From: Anaeramoeba ignava BMAN
Lineage: Eukaryota > Protista > Anaeramoebae
Reading direction: 5' to 3'
Length of the DNA stretch: 64,000 nt
Assembly (NCBI GenBank): GCA_028826165.1
Contig: JAPDFW010000060.1
Location: 1-64,000, forward strand
A model generated the notes under the pieces. The model saw only the letters and a program-made list of their open reading frames with translations, was not told the DNA's origin and made no database searches. The position numbers were made by a program, and so were the translations under genes. The first letter of the stretch is position 1. Every line of letters begins with the position of its first letter. This document shows, one piece after another, positions 14,261-25,700 of this stretch.

Positions 14261-15610
14261 TTAATCTTTTTTAATAAGTTTAAAATCATCTGCTAAGAAA
14301 GAATATAAAGTCCAACCAATTTCATAAGTAGCAGTTGAATGAATAACTGTAACTTTAAAAAATCTCCACCAATTACCAAAAATGAAAGCCATTAAAACAG
14401 ACCAAATCCAAGAAACAATAACAGCCGTTTTAATGTATTTCAAATTCTTTTTAAGTTTTACTGATTCTTCTTTATAAGGTCCATTTACTGGAAAATACAA
14501 TAAAGTTATTGAATTTGTTAGCATTATTATTGTTGTTGAAAAAAAAGGACAAATTAAAAGTGCAAAAATATTCACTAAAAATAATCCAATGTAAATTTTT
14601 TCCAAAATTGTTTTTTCTAATAGTTTTGGTCCCATTTTTTTCCAATCTGTTTTTCGAATAAAGAAAAAAGTTTGTTTTAAAAATTCTATTGATTTTAAAA
14701 ATCGGGCAAAAATTTCATTTTGTTTTTTTTCATTTTGTTTTTTTTCATTTTCATTTTCATTTTGTTTTTTTTCATTTTGTGTTTCATCTTGTTTTTTTTC
14801 ATTTTCATCTTGTTTTTTTTCATTTTCATTTTGTTTTTTTTCATCTTGTTTTGTTTCTTTTTGTTGTGTTTCATTTTCATCTTCACTTTCATCTTGTGTT
14901 TCATCATCACTTTGTGTTTCATCTTGTTTTTTTTCATCTTGTTTTTTTTCATTTTCACTTTCATTTTCATTTTGTTTTTTTTCATTTTGTTTTTTTTCAT
15001 TTTCATCATCACTTTCATCTTGTGTTTTATCATCACTTTGTGTTTCATCTTGTTTTTTTTCATCTTCATTTTGTTTTTTTTCATCTTGTTTTTTTTCATC
15101 TTCATTTTCACTTTCATCTTGTTTTTTTTCATTTTCATCTTCACTTTCATCTTGTTTTTTTTCATTTTCATCTTCAGATTCATCTTGTATTTCATCATCA
15201 CTTTGTGTTTCATCTTGTTTTTTTTCATCATGTTTTTTTTCATTTTGTTTTTTTTCATTTTGTTTTTCATCTTGTTTTTCATCATCACTTTGTTTTTCAT
15301 CTTGTTTTTTTTCATCTTGTTTTTTTTCATTTTCATCTTCACTTTCATCTTGTATTTCATCATCACTTTGTGTTTCATCTTGTTTTTTTTCTTTTTGTTT
15401 TGTTTCTTTTTGTTTTGTTTTTGTTTTTGTTTTTTTTTAAAATTAAATTTGTTTTTGTTTTTGTTCAGATTCAGAAAAAATGAAATTTAAAAAAACTTAT
15501 TAAATTCTGTTTCTGTTTCTGTTTCTGTATCTTTTTTATCTTTATCTTTATCTTTATCTTTATCTTTATCTAAATCACCTAAAAAAAAAGGAAAATTTTT
15601 TTAAATTAAA

Positions 15611-15654
<44 letters not shown>

Positions 15655-15659
15655 CTCAT
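14261..15659 (-). CDS. Uncharacterised membrane protein: long acidic DEKKQ/ESEDENE repeat followed by ~3 hydrophobic helices
   Basis: ORF 14261-14635 stays open upstream (…NEIFARFLKSIEFLKQTFFFIRKTDWKKMGPK…) through the acidic repeat to ~15436. Candidate exon 1 is ATGA at 15659-15656 (GTAAAA donor) and exon 2 is 15578-15497 (SDLDKDK…ETEFN). A TCATTT motif lies upstream. The exon 2/3 junction is unresolved. Confidence 0.55.
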
Positions 15660-15754
15660 TTTTAAAATTAAAATTGTTTTTTTTGTTTTTTTTGTTTTTT
15701 TTGGAAAGGAAAAAAATGAAATTTAAAAAAATGAAAAAAAGATTTTTTTTTATT

Positions 15755-16155
15755 AAAATCAAATCAAAATTCAAATTCAAATTTAAATCCAAATTTAAAA
15801 ATCAAATTCAAATTTAAAATTCAAAATCAAATTCAAATTTAAAATTTAAATTTAAATCCAAATTCAAATTCAAAAATCAAATTCAAATTCAAATTCAAAT
15901 CCAAATCCAAATTCAAATTCAAATTTAAATTCAAATTTAAATTCAAATTCAAATTTAAATTCAAATTCAAATTCAAATCCAAATTCAAATTCAAATTCAA
16001 ATTCAAATTCAAATTCAAATTCAAATCCAAATTCAAATTTAAATTCAAATTCAAATTCAAATCCAAATTCAAATTCAAATTTAAATCAAAATTAAAATTC
16101 AAATTTAAATTTAAAAATTAAATTTAAAAATCAAATCCAAATTTAATTTGAATTA
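15755..16155. repeat. (CAAATT)n hexamer microsatellite
   Basis: Direct inspection. Confidence 0.9.
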
Positions 16156-16158
16156 AAT

Positions 16159-17817
16159 TCAAATTTTTTCGTAAACAAAACGAATTGTATTTGCGATAAT
16201 TTTTCCACCATCAGTAGTAGTATCCCAATAAAAGGAACTAAAATCACGAGAAATAGGATAAAAATTCAAAGCAACGATAGTACCATGTTTAACTTCATAA
16301 CCAGAAGGATTAGAAACAACAATTAACGGACGTTTATCACTCCAATTACAAACAACACGAGAATTTGATTTTGCGGTTATTTTTGAATGATGAGACCATT
16401 TACCGCCACTAAAGCTTTGAACACCATTAAGAATTGGATGATTCTTTATCAAAATCTCACCCAAAAGACATTCCTTATCGCCAGTCCATTCACCTCTTCC
16501 AAAAGGTAAAATTGAAGTGATTTTCCCTTGAAGAATTCCCTTTTTCAAACATCCATGCATCAAAATTATCGGTTTGTTTTGGATCGATAAGTCGTATAAA
16601 CAATCTCCAATTTCTTTTGGAAATTCGAATTCTTTTGTTGAATAAACAATAAACACATCGTAATTTATCAGTTTTTTTGGATCCTGTTGAAGATAGTGGA
16701 TCTCATCAATATTATCAGGCGAAAATCCTTGGAGAACAAGATGCTTGACAAGATCATATCGACGACGTTCATTATCATCGGAAGCAACAATAAGAATTTT
16801 TGCTTTTTCTTCGGTTTTTTTGTCTTTAATTTGAACTGGCAAATCTACAATTTGTTTTTTTTCATTTTGATTTTCATTTTCATTTTCATTTTGATTTTCA
16901 TTTTCATTTTCAATTTCAATTTCTTTTTGTTTTTTATCAACATCAGAATTTTGTTCAGAATCAGAATCAAAATCAGACGGATTCTCAATCTCTTGAATTT
17001 GACTATCGAAAAATTCTTGTTGATTTCCAACTCGCTTTTCATTTTCAATTTTTTCTATTCTTTTTTCTAATTGAACAAATCGATCGGTAAAAATTTGCAA
17101 ATCGGATTTTATGGAATTGAAATCTTTTGACATCTTCTCGACAATTTGCTGCAGAGAAAACAAAGAAACCTTATCTGGTTTGATGTTCTTGATTTCTTGC
17201 ATTTTTTCAGTGACTTTTTTCTTGATCACATCGTCGCCATCTTGTTTACCAAGAAACTTGGAAATCTTCGAAAGTGCACTAAGTTGGACATTGTGTTTCA
17301 AAAGAAACTGAAGGAAAAAATCGTTTTTGCGAAAAAGAACAACAAGATAATGCTCCTTTTTGGCGGTTATTAACGGAAGATAAAGATTTTCCCATAAATT
17401 TTTCTGTTTTTTCAATTCGCGCAATTTTTGCTTTTTTGCTGACACTTTTGATAAAAATGACTTGATTTTTTTACTTGAATTATGATAAACAGGTTGGTAT
17501 TCATCTCTTGATTGTTTCATATCAATATTTTGGAAAACGCCCAGAAAAGCAAAAAAATGAGCAAAAGATTGATCGGGTTTCTCTTTCTCAATGCTTTGGA
17601 AAAATTTAGTTACAAGTGCAATCATTTTTTCTTTGATACTTAAAGTTAAACTTTGAAGAAGTGGTGGTGCTTCATTTGTTTTAAGTGACGATCTTTCTAT
17701 TACTATTGATTTAGATATTACTGGTTCATAATAAATTGAGTTTGTTTGAGGATTTATTAATTCTTCTTCAATTTCTGATTTAAAATATTGTGATAAAAAA
17801 TTGAATAAATCTTGCAT
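16159..17817 (-). CDS. Protein with N-terminal U-box-like motif, coiled coil and C-terminal class I GATase/ThuA-like domain
   Basis: Intronless 552-aa ORF. N-terminal EEELINPQTNSIYYEPVISKSIVIERSSL resembles a U-box. C-terminal KILIVASD…YDVFIVYS…HPILNGVQSFSGG…NWSDKRPLIV…VALNFYP…DGGKIIANTIRFV. Confidence 0.65.
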   Translation of the reverse strand: MQDLFNFLSQYFKSEIEEELINPQTNSIYYEPVISKSIVIERSSLKTNEAPPLLQSLTLSIKEKMIALVTKFFQSIEKEKPDQSFAHFFAFLGVFQNIDMKQSRDEYQPVYHNSSKKIKSFLSKVSAKKQKLRELKKQKNLWENLYLPLITAKKEHYLVVLFRKNDFFLQFLLKHNVQLSALSKISKFLGKQDGDDVIKKKVTEKMQEIKNIKPDKVSLFSLQQIVEKMSKDFNSIKSDLQIFTDRFVQLEKRIEKIENEKRVGNQQEFFDSQIQEIENPSDFDSDSEQNSDVDKKQKEIEIENENENQNENENENQNEKKQIVDLPVQIKDKKTEEKAKILIVASDDNERRRYDLVKHLVLQGFSPDNIDEIHYLQQDPKKLINYDVFIVYSTKEFEFPKEIGDCLYDLSIQNKPIILMHGCLKKGILQGKITSILPFGRGEWTGDKECLLGEILIKNHPILNGVQSFSGGKWSHHSKITAKSNSRVVCNWSDKRPLIVVSNPSGYEVKHGTIVALNFYPISRDFSSFYWDTTTDGGKIIANTIRFVYEKI

Positions 17818-17999
17818 TTTTTAAATTTAAAAAAAAAAATGAAAAAAAAAAATTGAAAAAAAAAATAATTTTATTAAAAAGAGAACTTTTCTTTTTACTT
17901 AATCTTTAAAATTATCACTTTTCATGTTTTTGTTTAATTTTTCTTTTTTAAAAAATTATCAAAAAAAAAAAAATATAATTGAAAATTTTCCAATTCATT

Positions 18000-19601
18000 T
18001 TAAAAAAACCAAAATCGTGGATTCTCTTCAATAAATTCATTTGGATCTTCTTTTTTCCAAAATATACTATCTTCTTCTTTTTCATCTTCAACAAAAAATG
18101 CATTTTCTAATTGAAATCTAACTTGTCTAATTTGCGAAAGTAATTGTAATTTTCGATTTTCCATTTCAATTTTTTTGTGAAGGAAATCTTGTTCAAATTC
18201 TTTTTTCTTTTGGAATTTAGTTTTTTTTATTTTGACAGATTGTTGTTGAGTTTGTGTTCCCATTTTATTTTCCAAAAAAATTAGAAATCTTTCAACTCTT
18301 GGGAAAAAAAGATCAGGAAATCCAAAAACAATATTATTATGGCCAGCTCCAGTAATCCATAAAGGATCAACTGAATTTGGAAGTAAAGAATAAACTGTTT
18401 TTCCGTGATTAAAAGGAATTAGTTTATCATCAGTTCCATGAAGAACAAGTGTCGGTACTTTGATGTTTTTTAATTTTTCAAAGTTGCAAAACATATCATA
18501 TGGAAGTCTCTTTTTTGTTTTAACAACTACTTTCATGCATGATAAAAGTGGCGACATTAGTATTACTCCTGCTGATTGTTTTTGATTTGCTAATTCTACT
18601 GTTACTCCTGTTCCTAAACTGTGTCCAAATAGTATGATTCTATTTGATGGTATTTTTTTGACTGAGATTAGATATTCGTATGCTGCTATTCCTGCTTTGT
18701 AGCAATTTTCTTCATTATGCTAAATTTTTTGTAAATTTCATGTAAATAATTTTTATTTATAATTTTTTTTTAAATTTCATGTAAATATTTTTTATTTATA
18801 AATTTTTTATTTTTATTTTTATTTTACTTCTCCTTCGGTAAAAGGATAACCAGGATATTCATAGAGAAGAATATTAACATTCAAACGATAGCAAATTTTC
18901 TTTGCCCATTTCTGTAAAAGAGAAATAGATTCTCCATTTCCATGAGAAAAAATAAGAGTAAACTTGGGTTCAGTTCCAGGATTCTTATAAAAATTAGGTT
19001 CCTTTTGTTCTTCAATTTGATTTTTCTTAATTTTTTCTTTTTGTTTTTTCTCTTTTGTTTTTTCAATTTCAATTTCAATTTCAATTTCCAAATCGTTTTT
19101 CTGGTTTGTTGTATTTGATTCATTTGTTCCTTGATCCTTTGTAGAAAGCCTGTTTTCTTTATTTGTATCATCTGTACTATTTGTTGGATTAAACGCGTAT
19201 TTCTGGATTTTTTTTTCTTTTTTAAGAATTTGTCTGTTTGAAAATTTTGAACTTTTTGGATCTTGATGACTATGATTAACAACAAGACTTTCGTTAGTAA
19301 TAACAAGTGAGTTTTCATCTAAAGGATCAATATTTGACAAATTAAAATGATTTTGTTTTTTGGTTTGATTTTTTTTTTTAGTTCTTGAAAAAGTATCAAT
19401 TGATAAATTTCCTGAACGTCTTTTATTTTTGTTTGCAAGTCTTATCATTTCAAATATATCTTCTTTCACATCTTGAGGTGTAAACCAAAGAATTGGAATC
19501 TTTTGTTTTTTCGTGATTTTTATATAGGATAAACGTTTCTTTTCTAATTGTGGAGGTTCATCTGGTGGTGAAAATACAATTTTATTTAATAATTGTCCCA
19601 T
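18000..19601 (-). CDS. ABHD17/ABHD13-like alpha/beta hydrolase, 2 exons (intron 18720-18827)
   Basis: LIFSHGNGE, YEYPGY, nucleophile FGHSLGTG (exon 2), LHGTDDKLIP (Asp) and GAGHNNI (His). The splice GAA|gt…ag|CAT keeps frame. Confidence 0.9.
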
Positions 19602-19844
19602 TTAAAATTTTTAATTTTTAATTTTTAAATTTTAATTTTAATTTAATTTTTTATTTTAATTTGAGAATTGTTTTTTTTCTTTTGATCTAAGTGTTAATAG
19701 GAAAATGAAAATAAAAAAAAAAAAAAATTTTTCAAGAACAACAAAAATAAGAAAATAAGAAAATAAAAAAAATGAAAAAAAAAAATAAGAAAATAAAAAA
19801 ATAAAAAGGAGAAAAAAAAATTTTATTTAAAAAAGGGGAAATTT

Positions 19845-21185
19845 ATTTCTTAAATTTATTTCTTTAATTAAACTTATTTTAATTTATTAATTAATTATTA
19901 AAAATATTTAATTTCTTATTTATTTAATATTTATTTATTAATTATAAATTAAAGTAAATTTATTTTTATTTATTTATTAATAATCAAAAATATATTCCAC
20001 TTTTTATTCTTAAATTTATTTCTTTAATTTAATTAATTTTAATTTATTAATTAATTATTAAAAATATTTTATTTCTTATTTAATTAATATTTATTTATTA
20101 ATTATTAATTAAATATAATTTATTTTTATTTATTTATTAATAATCAAAAATATATTCCACTTTTTATTTTTAAATTTATTTCTTAAATTTAATCAATTTT
20201 AATTTATTAATTAATTATTGAAAATATTTTATTTCTTATTTATTTAATATTTATTTATTAATTATTAATTAAATATAATTTATTTTTATTTATTTATTAA
20301 TAATCAAAAATATATTCCACTTTTTATTTTTAAATTTATTTCTTAAATTTAATCAATTTTAATTTATTAATTAATTATTGAAAATATTTTATTTCTTATT
20401 TATTTAATATTTATTTATTAATTATTAATTAAAGTAAATTTATTTTTATTTATTTATTAATAATCAAAAATATATTCCACTTTTTTATTCTTAAATTTAT
20501 TTCTTTTAATTAAACTTATTTTAATTTATTAATTAATTATAAAAATATTTTATTTCTTATTTATTTAATATTTATTTATTAATTATAAATTAAAGTAAAT
20601 TTATTTTTATTTATTTATTAATAATTAAAAATATATTCCACTTTTTATTTTTAAATTTATTTCTTTAATTAAATTTATTTTAATTTATTAATTAATTATT
20701 AAAAATATTTTATTTCTTATTTAATTAATATTTATTTATTAATTATTAATTAAATATAATTTATTTTTATTTATTTATTAATAATCAAAAATATATTCCA
20801 CTTTTTATTTTTAAATTTATTTCTTTTAATTTAATCAATTTTAATTTATTAATTAATTATAAATTGTTTATTAAATTATTTATTAAATTGTTTATGGAAT
20901 TGTTGATTAAATTATTGATTAAATTATTGATTAAATTATTGATTAAATTGTTTATTAAATTATTGATTAAATTGTTTATGAAATTGTTTATTAAATTATT
21001 TATTAAATTGTTTATTTAAAATTGATTAAATTGTTGATTAAATTGTTTATGAAATTATTTATTAAATTATTTATTAAATATAATTTATTTTTATTTATTT
21101 ATTAATAATCAAAAATATATTCCACTTTTTATTTCTTAAATTTATTTCTTTAATTTAATCAATTTTAATTTATTAATTAATTATA
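19845..21185. repeat. ~160-bp tandem satellite, about 6 full units plus a partial unit
   Basis: Marker TATATTCCAC recurs at 19991, 20151, 20311, 20471, 20632, 20792 and 21116. Confidence 0.92.
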
Positions 21186-22590
21186 AATTGTTTATTAAAT
21201 TATTTATTAAATTGTTTATTAAATTATTGATTAAATTATTTATGAAATTGTTTATTAAATTGTTTATTAAATTGTTTATTTAAAATTTATTAAATTGTTT
21301 ATTAAATTATTGATTAAATTATTGATTAAATTGTTGATTAAATTGTTTATGAAATTGTTTATTAAATTGTTTATTTAAAATTGATTAAATTGTTTATGAA
21401 ATTATTTATTAAATTGTTTATTAAATTATTTATGAAATTGTTTATTAAATTATTTATGAAATTATTTATTAAATTGTTTATTAAATTATTGATTAAATTA
21501 TTGATTAAATTGTTTATTAAATTATTTATTAAATTGTTTATGAAATTGTTTATTAAATTGTTTATGAAATTGTTTATTAAATTGTTTATTAAATTGTTTA
21601 TGAAATTATTGATTAAATTGTTTATGAAATTATTGATTAAATTGTTTATTAAATTGTTTATTAAATTGTTTATGAAATTGTTTATTAAATTGTTTATTAA
21701 ATTATTTATGAAATTGTTTATTTAAAATTGATTAAATTGTTTATGAAATTGTTTATGAAATTATTTATTAAATTATTTATGAAATTGTTTATTAAATTGT
21801 TTATGAAATTGTTTATTTAAAATTGATTAAATTGTTTATGAAATTGTTTATGAAATTGTTTATGAAATTATTTATGAAATTATTTATTAAATTGTTTATT
21901 TAAAATTGATGAAATTGTTTATTAAATTGTTTATTAAATTGTTTATTAAATTGTTTATGAAATTATTTATGAAATTGTTTATTAAATTATTGATTAAATT
22001 GTTTATTTAATTGTTTATGAAATTGTTTATTAAATTGTTTATGAAATTGTTTATGAAATTGTTTGTTTAAAATTGATTAAATTGTTTATGAAATTGTTTA
22101 TTAAATTATTGATTAAATTATTGATTAAATTGTTTATTAAATTATTGATTAAATTGTTTATTAAATTATTGATTAAATTGTTTATGAAATTGTTTATTAA
22201 AAATTGATTAAATTGTTTATGAAATTGTTTATGAAATTGTTTATGAAATTATTTATTAAATTATTTATTAAATTATTTATTAAATTATTTATTAAATTAT
22301 TTATTAAATTATTGATTAAATTGTTGATTAAATTGTTTATGAAATTGTTTATGAAATTGTTTATTTAAAATTGTTTGTGAAATTGTTTGTGAAATTGTTT
22401 ATTAAATTGTTTATGAAATTATTTATTAAAATTGATTAAATTATTTATTAAATTGTTTATTAAATTGTTTATTAAATTGTTTATGAAATTGTTTATGAAA
22501 TTGTTTATGAAATTGTTTATGAAATTGTTTATTTAAAATTGATTAAATTGTTTATGAAATTGTTTATGAAATTGTTTGTTTAAAATTGAT
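20861..22590. repeat. 12-bp minisatellite (AAATTGTTTATG / AAATTATTGATT variants)
   Basis: Direct inspection; gives the KLFM/KLFI pseudo-ORF. Confidence 0.93.
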
Positions 22591-22792
22591 GAAAGTATTT
22601 TTTCTTTTTATTTCTTTATTTTATTTTTTTTGTTAATTGTAAAATAATAAGTCAAAAATCACATTTTTTGTTTCATTTCTTTCTTTTTTTCTTTTAATTT
22701 CTTTTTTTAAAAAAAAAATTTTTTTTCTTCATTTTTTTTTCATTTTTCATTTTTTTCTTTTTCATTTTTTTTTGTTTTTTAAAAAAATATAA

Positions 22793-25700
22793 ATGCAAGA
22801 ATCAACAGCAGATCCACCATCAATTTATGCGAAACCACGGAATTTATACCAACTTTTCATCAATAGTTATTACAATGAAAACAAAGAAAAAGGAACAAAA
22901 GAAGAAATTTTTTATCAAGCACAAGAAACATGGAAAAAAGTACGAACTGATATAGATTATGTTAAAAAATACACACGAAAAGAATTTCAAAAATACCGGA
23001 CAAAAAGAAAAGAAGAAGAAGATCAACAAGAAAATCAACAAGAAAATCAACCGCAAAGAAAAACAGAACAACAAAAAACAGAACAAAAAACAGAACAAAA
23101 AACAAAAAAAGCAAAAACAAAAGCAAAAACAAAAACAAAAGCAAAAACAAAAGCAAAAACAAAAACAAAAGCAAAAGCAAAAAAAAACGATAAAAATGAA
23201 AAAACAAAAGAAAAAAAAACCGTTGCAAGAAAGTTAAGTAAAGAACAACTTCTCAATGAATTGTTTAGTAAATTTTGTCCAGAAAATCCTATTGATTTAA
23301 AATTTATTCAAGATAAACAACTTGTTCGTTCACTTGAATCCCTGTCAAAGCATTGGCATGATTACAGAATGCTTCGTGATGAATATCAAAAAGGACTCAA
23401 AAGATCTCCACAAAAGAGAACTGTTCTTGCACGCAGTTTGGGTGCTGTTAAATCCCAACAGAAAGAAATGAAAAAAGTTATGGAACAAATTTCAAACTTA
23501 GTTTCTCAAAATCAAAATCAAAATGAAAATTCTCAAGATTCTCTTCTTAAGTTTACTAAATATTTGACTGATTTTATTTCAGCTCTTGTTGCTGCAAAAA
23601 AGAGACTTAGAAAAAGAGTTTATAGGCAACGTCAAAGTATTAAAATTCAAGATGAAAATGAAAATGAAAATCAAAACGAAAATGAAAATGAAAATGAAAA
23701 TCAAAATCAAAATCAAAATGAAAATGAAAATGAAAATCAAAGTAATTTCAAAATTCAATTTAAATTCATTTATAAATTTAATTTTAATTATTTTTTATTA
23801 TTTTCTATTTAAAAGGAAATTTAAATCAATCTCTAATTCAATCCAAAAGAAAAAAACAAATTAAAACTCGAAGCAGCATTTCAAACACCAAAAACATTCA
23901 AAGAAATATAAACACACGTCAATATCAAAATCAATATCAAAATCAATATAAAAATCATTATCAAAATCAATATAAAAATCAAAATCAAAATCAAAATCAA
24001 AATCAAAATAAAAGTGAAAGTGAAAGTGAAAGTGATGAAGATGCAAAACTCAAAAGATCTGAATCACAATTTTATCGACCTGTAGTTGCACCTCAAAAAA
24101 CTTATTCGAAAGATGATCTTGATCCAAAAATTACTCGAAAACGACCATTTCATATTGAAAATTCTAATATTAATCAAAATACCTCGTTTAATCCATTTCA
24201 CAGAAAAGAATCAAAAAAAATTTTGCCAGAAATCGAATACAAACAACGCTCACTTATTTTCAAAAAACAATTAACAACTGAAAATGAGCAAATTATCACT
24301 AAAAAAGTGAAAAAAAAGGAAAAAGAAAAAGAAAAATCAAAGCAAAAACATTCCCGTAATTTTTGGGAAAATCTTAAAGATCCTTTTCCTTTTGCAAATT
24401 TTGGATCTGAAGTAACATCCATTTTTGATGATAATGATTATGAAAATTCAAATGTAAATGAAAATAATGGAAATCAAAGCATTATCAATATGGAAAATAA
24501 TAATATTTTGAATAAGAACAATATGAATATGGATATTGAATCAAGAATTATGAATAATAATCATAATAATAGCATCATTATTAAAAAAGAATCTAATTTC
24601 TCAACAAATCAAGTTCTTATGCTTCCTCAGCAAATCCCAAAACTAGAATATCAAAAAAATAACTTTTTAACTTTTTATCAAAATAAAAGCCAAGATACAA
24701 GACTTATGGGCCTTTGTTTTTGCTATTGGGATGAAGCAGAGGATATGATAATTGAAGCAATCAACTCAAATAGAGAATCTTTTCCTCTTTCGTTATTTCA
24801 ACTTCAGGATTTTATTCATGAAATGAAATGGAGTGTTTTTAGAAACCCTGATTATTTTCTTGTTAAATATTCAATTTCTTCAGAACTTTCTCTTCTTTTC
24901 AGATTGCAAATACTTTCTCTTTTTCCTGTTATTTGTATTTGCAAAAATGATACTCCTTTTTTTATTAATATACACCAGATTCAAAACTTTGTTTTATTAA
25001 AGGAATTATTTGGAATTAATTTGGAAAGAACAAATCATAACCAAAACCAAAATCAAAATCAAAATCAAAATCAAAATCAAAATCAAAATCAAAATCAAAA
25101 TAATACAAATTCCAATTCAAATCAACCAATTTTTGAAGAATTTTCGAAATATTCAAATATAATGAATACCGGTAAAATTCAAATTTAAAAAAATATTAAA
25201 AATTTAAAATTTAAAAAATAACATTTCTTTCTTTTTATAAAGAAAATTTAATACCTCAAAACTCTATTAAAAATCAATACTCTTTCGATACTTTCGAACC
25301 AAATACAGTTTCATCTCGCATCGACTGTTTAGAAAATATTTCAGCAGATGTATCAAGTATTCTTGAATATATCCAAAAAGAATCAAGAAATTCTTTACAA
25401 AGAACAGCGCCTCGATTTAGTTTTGAAAATTCATTATTTAAAAATTTATCAAAATCACCAATTTCAGAATTTTTATATCAAAATCAAAATCAAAATCAAA
25501 ATCAAAATCAAAATCAAAATCAAAATCAAAATCAAAATCAAAATCAAAATCAAAATCAAAATCAAAATAAAATTCAAATCCAAAATCATCCAGATTACAA
25601 AATATCATCTATTCAAATCCAATATTTATTTGAATTCTCATCACAATTTTCACGTGATACACTTCTTTTGAAATTCAGTAAATTGCCAAATATTCATTTA

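Noticed and set aside
14689-15490. His/Phe-rich and MK-rich ORFs (264, 256 and 227 aa)
   Set aside because: Antisense or shifted frames of the acidic DEKKQ repeat that is in frame with ORF 14261-14635.
19845-22590. Possible CRISPR array or telomeric repeat
   Set aside because: Units repeat along their whole length with no unique spacers, no cas genes are present, the context is eukaryotic, and there is no G-rich telomere-type unit.
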